A stretch of DNA of 64,000 bases from a bacterium. GTDB lineage: Bacteria; Patescibacteriota; Minisyncoccia; UBA6257; GWB1-50-10. Shown in pieces: positions 11,146 to 20,715 of the stretch. The position numbers were made by a program, and so were the translations under genes. The notes beneath the pieces were generated by a model. That model was not told the DNA's origin, did not search any database, and was given only the letters and a program-made list of their open reading frames with translations. Numbering within the stretch: the first letter of the stretch is position 1; every line of letters starts with the position of its first letter. The stretch spans positions 132,894 to 196,893 of the forward strand of contig JAJYXV010000003.1 of NCBI GenBank assembly GCA_021801565.1, given 5' to 3'.

Positions 11146-11217
11146 GCCGAAGTAGCTCAGTGGTAGAGCAATCGCTTCGTAAGCGATGGGTCGTGAGTTC
11201 AACTCTCACCTTCGGCT
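11146..11217 (+). tRNA. tRNA-Thr(CGT)
   Basis: Acceptor GCCGAAG/CTTCGGC, anticodon loop TTCGTAA, T-loop GTTCAAC. Confidence 0.96.
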
Positions 11218-11312
11218 CAAAATATAATGGAATGGGAGGATATCTTTTCACTGTAGATAAGGGAGCGGAATAATCCACAATTGGAGAAATATATAAGGAG
11301 TATAATTAATAC

Positions 11313-11579
11313 ATGAGCAAAAAACTTCTTATTGCGACCATAGTTGCATTGGTTCTTCTTGCTGCGGGGTATTGGTATTGGAAAAGCACCTTACTTTCTC
11401 CTGAAGAGCAAGCACTTCAAAAAGCCGAAGAAAGTACAAAAACTATCACAGAAAGTGCCACACAAGGAGTGCTCCCGCCTTTGAATGTTCAATCAAATCC
11501 CGTCGGTAATCTTCCTGATACAAATCCGGTAAATAAAACAAATCTATTTTCGGACATTAAAACAAATCCATTTCGATAG
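11313..11579 (+). CDS. Small membrane-anchored hypothetical protein
   Basis: N-terminal TM, ends in NPF, TATAAT 7 nt upstream of ATG. Confidence 0.75.
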   Translation: MSKKLLIATIVALVLLAAGYWYWKSTLLSPEEQALQKAEESTKTITESATQGVLPPLNVQSNPVGNLPDTNPVNKTNLFSDIKTNPFR

Positions 11580-11611
11580 GGGTCATTTTATTTATATCAA
11601 CAATAAATTAT

Positions 11612-13486
11612 ATGAAACATCAATATTTTTTAAGTATATGTGTGCTTGTGGTGGGTGTTGTGATTTCTACGTTTCTTATTTCAGATAAAGCCGCTGGGCA
11701 AACGGGAATAACTTCTGAGGGTAATGTAAATATTACATATCCAGTAGCAGAACTCGGCAATTGTGCAAATGAAACTGCTTGTCGCGCTTACTGTGATGAC
11801 GCGGCGCATTTGAACGCCTGTCTTACATTTGCCGAAAAAAACAAACTTATGTCGAGAGACGAACTTCAGACAGCGAAAAAATTTGCAAAAGTGGGAAAGG
11901 GTCCGGGGGGATGCACAACAAAAGAATCATGTGATCTCTATTGTGATGATGTTTCTCATATTAATGAATGTGTAACGTTCGCGGAACAGAATGATTTGAT
12001 GTCTCAAAATGAGCTTGCGGAGGCAAAAAAAGTACAAGCGGCTATTGCGAAAGGCGTGAAACCGCCAGCGTGTGGAGGGAAAGAAAAATGCGACAAGTAT
12101 TGCAGTGACCCGACGCATATGGAAGAATGCTTCGCTTTTGGGAAAGCTGCTGGTTTTATGAGTGATAAGGAAATTCAGGAATCGGAAAAAGTACTTACCG
12201 CAATAAAAAAAGGCGTGAAACCGCCTGCGTGTAATGGAAAAAAAGAATGTGATACATATTGCAGGGATACAGCACATATGGAAGAGTGTATGACATTTGC
12301 TCTCGCCGCAGGGTTTATGAGTAAGGAAGAAGCGGCAGATTCACAAAAGATGCTTCAAGCGATAAAAAAAGGTGTGAAACCACCTGCATGCAATGGGAAA
12401 GAGGAGTGTGAAAAATATTGTAATGAAGAAAGTCATATTGATGAATGTATTACATTTGCGGAGGCCGCAGGATTTATGAGGCCAGAGGAAGCGGAAATGG
12501 CGAGAAAAACTGGCGGAAAAGGACCTGGTGGATGTACGAACAAAGAAGAATGTGAAGCATTCTGTAATAATCCAACAAATCAGGAATTATGTTTTAGTTT
12601 TGGAAAAGATCATGGAATGATTCCAGAAGGAGAACTCCAAAAAATAGAAGAAGGGAAAAAACAATTTTCCGAGTCACTTCATCAGGCTCCTCCGGAAGTA
12701 CTTACTTGTATTTCAAGTGCAGTAGGGAACGATAATTTTGAAAAGTTAAGAGATGGTACTATGATGCCGTCGCGCGATTTGGGAGATAAAATGGGAGAAT
12801 GTTTTCGGCAGATGGGAGGAGGAACTGGTGCGCCAGGAGAAGGTGGGTTTATGCCACCAGCGGGACAATCAGGTCCTGGGGGATGTAAAACACCCGAAGA
12901 ATGTAAATCTTATTGTGCTACCAATCCTGAAGCGTGTAAAAATTTTGGATCGTTTCAAGGAGAAAATCGACGGGACGAAGGGGGATCCGGCAATTCGCAG
13001 GGCGTGCCAAGTGGCACAATAATACCGCCAGGGCAAAGTGGTCCCGGAGGATGCAGGACCGCGGAAGAATGTAGATCATTTTGCGAATCAAATCCGGAAG
13101 CATGCGCAAATTTCAGACCAAATATAGGACCGCAAAATGGAGAACTAAATGAAAAACGAGAAATCATACCTGGGGGACCGAATGGACGAATGGAACCGGG
13201 TGAACGAAGAGAAATAATGATACCAGATAAGTCTGAGACAATGGGGTTGGAAAACGGAGGAGTAATACAAAAGTTTTTTGAACAGATGCCGAAGTTTCCT
13301 CTGAATGCGGGAAATCCGCTCAATCCATGTCCACCTGGAGCGCAATGTGGTTCTGGACAAAATGTACCACAAGGTATCGCGCCACGATTGGAACCTGAAG
13401 GAAATTTTATGCCACCACAAGGTCAGCAGTCAATGCAGCAATTTCAACCTCCAATAAATATTTCACCACCTTCAACAAATAATTAG
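11612..13486 (+). CDS. Secreted/anchored Cys-rich repeat protein
   Basis: Signal/TM segment; repeated (KPPA|GPGG)C-x4-EC-x2-(Y/F)C-x7-C units; Pro/Gly/Gln-rich tail. Confidence 0.85.
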   Translation: MKHQYFLSICVLVVGVVISTFLISDKAAGQTGITSEGNVNITYPVAELGNCANETACRAYCDDAAHLNACLTFAEKNKLMSRDELQTAKKFAKVGKGPGGCTTKESCDLYCDDVSHINECVTFAEQNDLMSQNELAEAKKVQAAIAKGVKPPACGGKEKCDKYCSDPTHMEECFAFGKAAGFMSDKEIQESEKVLTAIKKGVKPPACNGKKECDTYCRDTAHMEECMTFALAAGFMSKEEAADSQKMLQAIKKGVKPPACNGKEECEKYCNEESHIDECITFAEAAGFMRPEEAEMARKTGGKGPGGCTNKEECEAFCNNPTNQELCFSFGKDHGMIPEGELQKIEEGKKQFSESLHQAPPEVLTCISSAVGNDNFEKLRDGTMMPSRDLGDKMGECFRQMGGGTGAPGEGGFMPPAGQSGPGGCKTPEECKSYCATNPEACKNFGSFQGENRRDEGGSGNSQGVPSGTIIPPGQSGPGGCRTAEECRSFCESNPEACANFRPNIGPQNGELNEKREIIPGGPNGRMEPGERREIMIPDKSETMGLENGGVIQKFFEQMPKFPLNAGNPLNPCPPGAQCGSGQNVPQGIAPRLEPEGNFMPPQGQQSMQQFQPPINISPPSTNN

Positions 13487-13496
13487 ATTTGAGATA

Positions 13497-14097
13497 ATGA
13501 CCTCCTCCCCGGACTCCACTTTGTTGCGTCCGGGGTTTCCTTTTTTGGCATGAGGATTCAAAACAACTTGATGCGTTTTGGCATATCGTGTTTGCTTTGC
13601 CACTCAATGTATTTTTTGATCTGTGATTCATTGAGTCCAATGGTGGATGAAAAATATCCAACACTCCAGATGCCGTCCTTCTCAAGATAAATGTCTTTGA
13701 TATATCTAAACTTCTTTCTAAGCGCTAAGCTACTTGCTGATTTCAATTTCTGGACGGCATCTGATACTGCGATATTCGGCGGTATTTCAATTTGAATGTG
13801 TACATGATCATTATTTGCATTCATGGATTCAATCCAGAGTGTTGGATATTTCTTGCATGTTTCGGACAGACTTTTTTTCAATTCGGGAAGTACATACGAT
13901 TTGAGTATCTTCCGTCGATATTTTGTACCCCACACAATATGATATTGGTGTTGGTATGAAGAATGATTGAGATGTTGAATCCTCATGAGACTAGCCTACC
14001 ACAGCTACGCTGTGGTAGGTAAGCGGTTCCATTCATCCCCGCACTCCGAGAGCTCTATACAATGGATGACGCTCTCTTCGTGCGGGGTTTCCTGGTA
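13497..14097 (-). mobile_element. IS200/IS605-family element (tnpA only)
   Basis: Y1 transposase flanked by subterminal hairpins; right end GGGGAGGAGGTCA; both ends recur at 24570-24740. Confidence 0.88.
13558..13986 (-). CDS. tnpA: IS200-family Y1 (HUH) transposase
   Basis: YHIVWGTKYRR, DHVHI (HUH), IWSVGYF, KKYIEWQ catalytic Tyr. Confidence 0.95.
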   Translation of the reverse strand: MRIQHLNHSSYQHQYHIVWGTKYRRKILKSYVLPELKKSLSETCKKYPTLWIESMNANNDHVHIQIEIPPNIAVSDAVQKLKSASSLALRKKFRYIKDIYLEKDGIWSVGYFSSTIGLNESQIKKYIEWQSKHDMPKRIKLF

Positions 14098-14443
14098 ATT
14101 AAAAAACACCACTCTTTGTAAATGAAAGAGTGGTGTTCGATTTTATTTTGTTGTATTTTTAACTATAATTGGGACATGAATTCTGATGGAAAAAATTATC
14201 GGAACTTGCTTGAACATACCCTGCTAGAGTGACTTTGTTTGGCTGGCGTTTGGTAGGGGCATAGATTGCGGAATAGAGCTAAAAAAGAAGAAAATATCGC
14301 ATATGAAAAAGGAAGGTACTATGACGTGTCATAGCGGCAGAGGTAAGGAAAGTTACTAATAACTAATTACCGATGATTATATAAATTCAAAATTCAAATT
14401 TTAGAAATCAGAGATTACTACATTTAATTAAAATTTAAGTTCT

Positions 14444-15148
14444 ATGGATCAAAACAAATATAACGGCGTTTACCTTTCGGTACTTGCGGGAGCGGGAGGA
14501 GATGATGCAAAAGATTGGGCACAGATGCTTCTTCGGATGTATGAAAAATGTGCAGACAAGAAAGGATGGAAAAAACAATATGTGAATGATATTACAATTT
14601 CACTGAGAGGCGACGGGGTGTATGAATATTTGAAAGGAGAATCGGGGGTACATCGTTTGGTACGTATTTCTCCGTTTGACGCAAAAAAATTGAGACACAC
14701 TTCATTTGCACTTGTTGAAGTGTTACCAATTTTGCCACAAGTGGAAGTTTCAAAAATTCAAATTCCAGAAAAAGACATAAAAATAGATTTTTTCCGCTCA
14801 TCAGGACCTGGAGGACAGAATGTCAATAAAGTTGAAACCGCAGTGCGGGTGAGTCATTTACCAACAGGAATTGTGGTTTCTTCGCAGTCAGAACGCTCAC
14901 AGAGTGCGAATAGAGATAAAGCAATGGAGTTGTTGAAGATAAAACTTATTGCACTTATGCAGGAAAAACATGAAACCGCAATAGAAAACTTAAAAGTAAA
15001 AGTAAAACCTGAGTGGGGGCACGAAATTCGATCGTATGTACTTCACCCATATAAACAGGTGAAAAATCATGAAACGGGACTTAAAATTTCTCGTGTTGAT
15101 GAGGTATTAGATGGAAATCTTGATCTATTGGTAGATATTGGGCGGTAA
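14444..15148 (+). CDS. prfB: Peptide chain release factor 2, lacking N-terminal domain
   Basis: SPF tripeptide (RISPFD), GGQ, IRSYVLHPY; upstream of ftsEX. Confidence 0.85.
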   Translation: MDQNKYNGVYLSVLAGAGGDDAKDWAQMLLRMYEKCADKKGWKKQYVNDITISLRGDGVYEYLKGESGVHRLVRISPFDAKKLRHTSFALVEVLPILPQVEVSKIQIPEKDIKIDFFRSSGPGGQNVNKVETAVRVSHLPTGIVVSSQSERSQSANRDKAMELLKIKLIALMQEKHETAIENLKVKVKPEWGHEIRSYVLHPYKQVKNHETGLKISRVDEVLDGNLDLLVDIGR

Positions 15149-15219
15149 ATAGGGTATAATAATACAAAAGGAGCGAGGAGCTCAATTTTATTGCCTCCTC
15201 TTTATTAGATAAAATTGAC

Positions 15220-15903
15220 ATGATTATTTTTCAAAATGTAACGAAAACCTATAACCATGGGATGGTCGCCCTCGATAAAGTAAGCTTTAAAATACAGCCG
15301 AATGAGTTTGTCTCGATTGTGGGACGTTCCGGAGCTGGGAAATCAACCATTATTAAGCTTTTAATTGGTGAGGAAAAACCTACAAAGGGACAGGTATTTT
15401 TCGGTTCATATGAAGTGAATAAATTAAAGTCAAAGGAACTTCCTGAATTTAGGCGACACATTGGTGTTATCTTCCAGGACTTCCGTCTTCTCTCAAAGAA
15501 AACTGCATTTGAGAACGTTGCCTTTGCACTTGAAGTGAATGGACGACCACAGAAAGAAATTAACGAACTCGTTCCTCAGGTAATGGAAATGGTGGGGATT
15601 AAAGATAAAATGCTTAATTTCCCGGCAGAACTTTCCGGTGGGGAAAAACAGCGGGTTGCGATCGCACGCGCAATGATTAATCGTCCCGATGTGATCATTG
15701 CCGACGAACCAACAGGAAACCTTGATCCATTTAATACGTGGGAGGTTATAAAGTTACTTACAAAGATTAATGAACTAGGAAGTACGGTTATCCTCGCAAC
15801 GCATGATAAAGAAATTGTGAATACTTTGGGGCAACGAGTGATCACTGTCGATGGCGGTCGTCTCATCAAAGACGAGGCAAATGGTCGTTTTATTATTGGA
15901 TAA
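15220..15903 (+). CDS. ftsE: Cell division ABC ATPase FtsE
   Basis: [36 protein letters not shown]. Confidence 0.93.
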   Translation: MIIFQNVTKTYNHGMVALDKVSFKIQPNEFVSIVGRSGAGKSTIIKLLIGEEKPTKGQVFFGSYEVNKLKSKELPEFRRHIGVIFQDFRLLSKKTAFENVAFALEVNGRPQKEINELVPQVMEMVGIKDKMLNFPAELSGGEKQRVAIARAMINRPDVIIADEPTGNLDPFNTWEVIKLLTKINELGSTVILATHDKEIVNTLGQRVITVDGGRLIKDEANGRFIIG

Positions 15904-15909
15904 AATTAT

Positions 15910-16818
15910 ATGATGGTAAAAATATCAAGAATTATTCGTTACGGGGTGAGCAACTTTTTTAGAAACGGATGGCTTTCGCTTTCCACGATTGGCATTATGA
16001 TTCTCGCACTTATTGTGTTTGAAGGGCTTATTGTTTTTAATGTGATGGCAAAAGGAACGGTGAATGCATTACAAGATAAAATTGATATCAGTGTGTATTT
16101 TAAGAGTAATGTTGCTGAAGATTCTATTTTAAATATAAAACGATCTCTCGAAGGGTTGGTTGAAGTAAAAGCGGTACAATATGTCTCACGGGACGAGGCG
16201 CTCGCAGAATTTAAGAAGGCACATGCAGACGAGGAAGTAATTACGCAAACACTTGACCAACTCGAAGAAAACCCTCTTCTTGCATCGATAAATATAAAGG
16301 CGAATGATCCGCGCCACTATGATACGATTGCAGAATATCTGGATAAACCAGTTTTTAAAAATCTTATAGAAAAAGTGACCTACACACAGAATCATGTAGT
16401 GATTGATCGCCTAGTTGCACTTGTTGATACTGTAAAAAATGGGGGAGCATTGCTTACCGTATTTCTTTCTTTCCTCGCGGTAATGATTACATTTAACACC
16501 ATTCGATTAGCAATTTTTTCAAACAGTGAACAAATCAGCGTCATGCGTCTCGTGGGAGCTTCAAATAATTTTATCCGCGGACCGTACATTGTTGAAGGGA
16601 TTATGTATGGTATTATCGCGGCGATAGTGGGATTTCTTGTGTTCATCCCGATTATTAATTTTGTTTCTCCTTATGTTTCGAATTTTATTCCTGAAATAAA
16701 TCTGAATGAATATTTTAATCAAAATTTTCTTTCACTTTTTACTTATCAGTTGCTCTTTGGAATTGGATTGGGAATTCTCTCGGGTGTGGTGGCGATCAGA
16801 AAATATCTGCATGTTTAG
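15910..16818 (+). CDS. ftsX: Cell division permease FtsX
   Basis: NTIRLAI, MRLVGAS..FIRGP motifs; four TMs. Confidence 0.93.
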   Translation: MMVKISRIIRYGVSNFFRNGWLSLSTIGIMILALIVFEGLIVFNVMAKGTVNALQDKIDISVYFKSNVAEDSILNIKRSLEGLVEVKAVQYVSRDEALAEFKKAHADEEVITQTLDQLEENPLLASINIKANDPRHYDTIAEYLDKPVFKNLIEKVTYTQNHVVIDRLVALVDTVKNGGALLTVFLSFLAVMITFNTIRLAIFSNSEQISVMRLVGASNNFIRGPYIVEGIMYGIIAAIVGFLVFIPIINFVSPYVSNFIPEINLNEYFNQNFLSLFTYQLLFGIGLGILSGVVAIRKYLHV

Positions 16819-16825
16819 TTAAAAT

Positions 16826-16870
16826 GTAAATTAAAACCCTCTGATTATGTATCAGAGGGTTTTAATTTAC
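16826..16870. terminator. Bidirectional intrinsic terminator between ftsX and tRNA-Pro
   Basis: 20-bp perfect inverted repeat GTAAATTAAAACCCTCTGAT/ATCAGAGGGTTTTAATTTAC. Confidence 0.75.
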
Positions 16871-16875
16871 TGAAT

Positions 16876-16949
16876 TGGTCGGGATGCAGGGAGTCGAACC
16901 CTGACTACAAGACCCCCAGCCTTGCGTACTACCGCTATACTACATCCCG
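16876..16949 (-). tRNA. tRNA-Pro(GGG) with encoded CCA
   Basis: Reverse complement CGGGATG...CTGGGGG...GTTCGACTCCCTGCATCCCGACCA. Confidence 0.96.
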
Positions 16950-16950
16950 G

Positions 16951-16998
16951 TATATTTATCCCGTAGGAAGCGGAGCTTCCCTTCGGGGCTACAGCCCG
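16951..16998 (-). pseudogene. tRNA-Pro 5' relic split by a 34-nt hairpin insert (16955-16988)
   Basis: Minus strand CGGGCTGTAG + CCCCGAAGGGAAGCTCCGCTTCCTACGGGA-TAAA + TATA versus intact CGGGATGTAGTATA (13/14). Confidence 0.7.
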
Positions 16999-17140
16999 AA
17001 AAGATCTATTTTATTATACTCAAAGATAGGTATATTAATAGTTAGGGATGAACCCGGTAGTGATCCACTAATTGGCTGACTCTAGGTAGACATTTTTATA
17101 TTTTTAGTTTAGAATATAAAACAGTTTTTAAACATATGAG

Positions 17141-17356
17141 GTGAATATGTCAGATAAAACAATTGCACCGGACAGATCCTTTGATCCAACAAAAGAAACT
17201 CAAGAAGAATATGAGTTTTCTGCTGTGTTTCCGATCATTGAGTTAAATCTTTCTCAGGGAACGATTAGTATCTTAAAAGGAGATAAACAGCAATTGAAGC
17301 CCTATCCGGGGGATAGGGGCGATGAAGCGGTTGTCGGCGATTTATATAAAAAATAA
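17141..17356 (+). CDS. Hypothetical protein
   Basis: ORF with GAGG SD-like site, followed by terminator hairpin. Confidence 0.5.
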   Translation: MNMSDKTIAPDRSFDPTKETQEEYEFSAVFPIIELNLSQGTISILKGDKQQLKPYPGDRGDEAVVGDLYKK

Positions 17357-17396
17357 TTTTTAAAATCCCCCCATTAAATACTGGGGGATTTTTCTT

Positions 17397-17591
17397 TTAT
17401 TTCTTTTTTGTTTTACTTAACGTTCTTAAACATGCAGTGCACACCTGTGATCGTTTTCCTGGGTGGAGAAGATTTGTCCACTGCAAATTTGCCTTCTTTT
17501 TTGTAAGGTTTGTCTGATTATAATGTCCGCGGAGAAGTTTTCTTGTTCCCCCCATTTTATATGATTTTCCACATTTTTCACACGCTCGCAT
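17397..17591 (-). CDS. rpmB: 50S ribosomal protein L28
   Basis: MRACEKCGK...KANLQ...VCTACLRT. Confidence 0.9.
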   Translation of the reverse strand: MRACEKCGKSYKMGGTRKLLRGHYNQTNLTKKKANLQWTNLLHPGKRSQVCTACLRTLSKTKKK

Positions 17592-17652
17592 ATATTTAAA
17601 TTACAGATGTATTATATCTATTTTTTGAGAAAATGCAAACTTTTTTTGTATC

Positions 17653-18309
17653 TTACCCGATAACTGTTTCTTTATAGCTCTTATCTCTGAAATCTATTTC
17701 ATAAAATTTCATATTTTCTCCTGACCCAACTTGCAGAATGATATTATTTTGAGCTTGAGAAATTTTGAATAGGACACTTCCAGAAATCGCGCTTTTTGCA
17801 GGCATTGAAGAGAACCGTCCGTTTGTTTTAAAGGGTTCTATATTATCACTATCTAATGCAACAATGCTAAATATTTTTGATGGATCAATTGATGAATATC
17901 CAGCTGCTTTGTTTGTATATATTTTAAAATTGACCGAAAGCGTATTATCGGAATTTTTATTTACGCTTTCTACAGAGAGGGAGAGATTTGTTTGAGGAAG
18001 AAGATCTGGATTTGATTGAATATCCATAAGAATCGCTGTTGGCACCGCAGCAATACTCGTGACTATATCTGTAGTTTGTTCTTCGGATGATGTTGTATTT
18101 TTAGCTCCTTGCGTCTCTTGTTTTTGTGGTTGTTCAACGGGCGTTGCCTGCCGCTCTTTATTTGCGAGTTCAAGTCCCATTTCCACATTTCTTACATCAG
18201 TACGGAGGGTTCCAATTGAGTCAAACGTAAAAAAGAACCCGGTAACAGCAAATATAAACACGATCGCAATTGCTATATATATACCGATATTTTTTCTTTC
18301 CATGCTCAT
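17653..18309 (-). CDS. Membrane-anchored hypothetical protein
   Basis: N-terminal TM, linker, beta-rich C-terminal domain. Confidence 0.7.
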   Translation of the reverse strand: MSMERKNIGIYIAIAIVFIFAVTGFFFTFDSIGTLRTDVRNVEMGLELANKERQATPVEQPQKQETQGAKNTTSSEEQTTDIVTSIAAVPTAILMDIQSNPDLLPQTNLSLSVESVNKNSDNTLSVNFKIYTNKAAGYSSIDPSKIFSIVALDSDNIEPFKTNGRFSSMPAKSAISGSVLFKISQAQNNIILQVGSGENMKFYEIDFRDKSYKETVIG

Positions 18310-18340
18310 ATTATAGCATGGGGGCTGATTTTCATATATA

Positions 18341-18976
18341 ATGTTTATTATTATGGAGTTTATTATTTTATTTCAGATCATTGTTCTTATATTTTCAGTA
18401 GTGATACACGAAGTATCGCACGGATATGTTGCTGAGGAATTAGGAGATTCCACTGCCCGTGATATGGGGCGATTGACATTGAATCCGTTGAAACATATTG
18501 ATCCGTTTGGTTCCATTATTCTTCCGCTTCTTATGTCTCTTATTCCAGGAGGAATTATTCTTGGATGGGCGAAACCTGTGCCGTACAATCCCTTCAATTT
18601 AAAAGATCCTAAAAAAGGAGGAGCACTTATCGCTGCAGCTGGTCCGGCGAGCAACCTTGTTGTTGCATTCATATTTTCTATTTTTTATCGCCTCTTTATG
18701 TATGTGCCAAATGTGGGCGGAGCACTTATTACACTTGAACCTCTCTTTGCTTCAATAGTAATGATTAATATCATGCTGGCCATCTTTAATTTAGTGCCGA
18801 TTCCACCGCTTGATGGATCGAAAATTCTTTTTGCGCTAATTCCGAGGAAATTTGGATATGTGACAGAAATATTCGAGCGGTATGGATTTTTTATTTTAAT
18901 TATTTTTATATTTTTAGGGGTTGAGTTTCTTTCTCCAATTGTTCGTTTTTTGTACCGTCTTTTTATAGGGTTTTAA
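18341..18976 (+). CDS. Site-2 protease (peptidase M50)
   Basis: HEVSH zinc motif, FNLVPIPPLDGS. Confidence 0.93.
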   Translation: MFIIMEFIILFQIIVLIFSVVIHEVSHGYVAEELGDSTARDMGRLTLNPLKHIDPFGSIILPLLMSLIPGGIILGWAKPVPYNPFNLKDPKKGGALIAAAGPASNLVVAFIFSIFYRLFMYVPNVGGALITLEPLFASIVMINIMLAIFNLVPIPPLDGSKILFALIPRKFGYVTEIFERYGFFILIIFIFLGVEFLSPIVRFLYRLFIGF

Positions 18977-19012
18977 AAAAAACGGTACAATAGTACCGTT
19001 TTTTGTTTTGTT

Positions 19013-19330
19013 TTATAAACTGATTTCGAGAGAAATCACCCAGAGTGGACGTTCATATAAGTATAGTGGATCATATCCGGATGTTTCTATTTTTTTCTCG
19101 TGATATTTTACATCGAATCCATCTTTTTCCAGACATTCAATGAGTTCTTTCGCCTCACTTCTTGATTTTTCAAGTTCTGTTTTAGCAGCGAATGGCGTGA
19201 CAATAAAATTAATTGATTCTTTTTTATTTTCTTTTCCTCTCCAAATTTCCTGCCAGCACCGCATAAGGAGATAGTATTTCCGTACCAGAGAGAAGAATAT
19301 TTCCATGTCTTCCTCTTTTAGGATTAACAT
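19013..19330 (-). CDS. Hypothetical protein
   Basis: ORF preceded by GGAGG. Confidence 0.55.
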   Translation of the reverse strand: MLILKEEDMEIFFSLVRKYYLLMRCWQEIWRGKENKKESINFIVTPFAAKTELEKSRSEAKELIECLEKDGFDVKYHEKKIETSGYDPLYLYERPLWVISLEISL

Positions 19331-19521
19331 AAAACCTCCAAGGGTTGTTATTAAATTTATACTGTGGATATTTTAGTCTATATCCACAAATCTGACAATA
19401 TTGAAATGAGCGGGGCTGTTTATTTGGGTTGATCTCTCAATAAAATTTATGTGAGGGATTGACAGAAAGTGAGGTTTTGCCTTATTCTTATACCTGCTGC
19501 GTTTGCAGTAGCGTTTTTATG

Positions 19522-19676
19522 CCCAGTGAGTGCCTGCCTGCGGTAGGCAGGAAAACTCGATTTGTCCGCTTTGATGCGAACGGGATGGATGGGTAATAAA
19601 AACAAAAAGTCTATTATATAATAAACACTTATAAAAAGGAAAAAAGATATAAAAATATCGAGTTTCTACTACTGGG
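19522..19676. mobile_element. MITE with ~20-bp TIRs and 4-bp TSD (TATG); 19-nt hairpin inserted in the left TIR
   Basis: CCCAGTGAGTG[19533-19551]AAAACTCGAT ... ATCGAGTTTCTACTACTGGG; TATG at 19518-19521 and 19677-19680. Confidence 0.8.
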
Positions 19677-19677
19677 T

Positions 19678-20091
19678 ATGCCTACCGTATCTCAATTAAT
19701 CAAAAATGGAAGGAAGAGAATCTTAAAGAAGAAAAAGGTTCCAGCTCTTGGCACCTATTTTAATTATTTATTGAACAAGCCAGTTGACTCATCTTCGCCG
19801 TTTAAGCGGGGAGTTTGTCTTAAAGTATTCACCACTACGCCAAAAAAACCGAACTCGGCGCTTCGAAAAGTAGCGAGGGTACGTCTTACGAATGGAATGG
19901 AGGTGACCGCATATATTCCGGGAGAAGGACATAATCTCCAAGAACATTCTGTGGTGATGATCCGCGGGGGACGCGTAAAAGATCTTCCTGGAGTTCGATA
20001 TCATATCGTTCGCGGGGTACTTGATACGCAGGGAGTGAATGCACGCAAACAACAGCGATCAAAATACGGGGTAAAGAGGGAGAAAAAATAA
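19678..20091 (+). CDS. rpsL: 30S ribosomal protein S12
   Basis: [21 protein letters not shown]. Confidence 0.99.
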   Translation: MPTVSQLIKNGRKRILKKKKVPALGTYFNYLLNKPVDSSSPFKRGVCLKVFTTTPKKPNSALRKVARVRLTNGMEVTAYIPGEGHNLQEHSVVMIRGGRVKDLPGVRYHIVRGVLDTQGVNARKQQRSKYGVKREKK

Positions 20092-20169
20092 TTATGGAAT
20101 ACATAACAAAACAATTAGTCGTAACGAAGCCTACTGTAGATTGCTTGATTGCGATCTATTTCTAACAGG

Positions 20170-20640
20170 ATGAGAAAAAGGGGAAGTTACAAAAAAAATG
20201 AAGTGAGCGGAGATTGGATGCATGAACGCATCGATATGTCGCGTTTTGTCAACTATTTAATGACAAATGGAAAAAAATCCGTTGCGGAAAAAGTGTTTTA
20301 TGATGCACTTGATGAGGTAAAAAATATTACTAAAGGCAATTCAGTAGAGATTTTTGAAAAAGCAATTATGAATGCATCGCCGCTTCTCGAGGTGGTGTCG
20401 AAACGTGTGGGAGGCGCGAATTATCAAGTTCCCCGTGAAGTGAGGCCAGAGAGAAAATTTTTTCTTGCATCGCATTGGATTATTGATACCGCAAAAAAGA
20501 AGAAGGGAGCACCGATGGCAAAACGTCTTGCCGAAGAGTTAATTGCAGCTTCAAAGAACGAGGGTGCCGCGATTAAGAAGAAACAGGATATGCATCGAAT
20601 GGCGGAAGCGAACCGTGCATTTGCAAGTTATGTAAGGTAG
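20170..20640 (+). CDS. rpsG: 30S ribosomal protein S7
   Basis: RVGGANYQVP, HRMAEANRAF; ATG at 20170 chosen as start. Confidence 0.97.
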   Translation: MRKRGSYKKNEVSGDWMHERIDMSRFVNYLMTNGKKSVAEKVFYDALDEVKNITKGNSVEIFEKAIMNASPLLEVVSKRVGGANYQVPREVRPERKFFLASHWIIDTAKKKKGAPMAKRLAEELIAASKNEGAAIKKKQDMHRMAEANRAFASYVR

Positions 20641-20715
20641 ACTACGAAATACGAATTTTGTACAAATGTACGAAATCTGTTTTTGTGTATTTATATTTAA
20701 TTAAAGAAAAATTTT

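Noticed and set aside
14177-14443. Frameshifted 5' part of prfB
   Set aside because: No CTT-TGA with internal SD and no RF2-like translation; multiple stops
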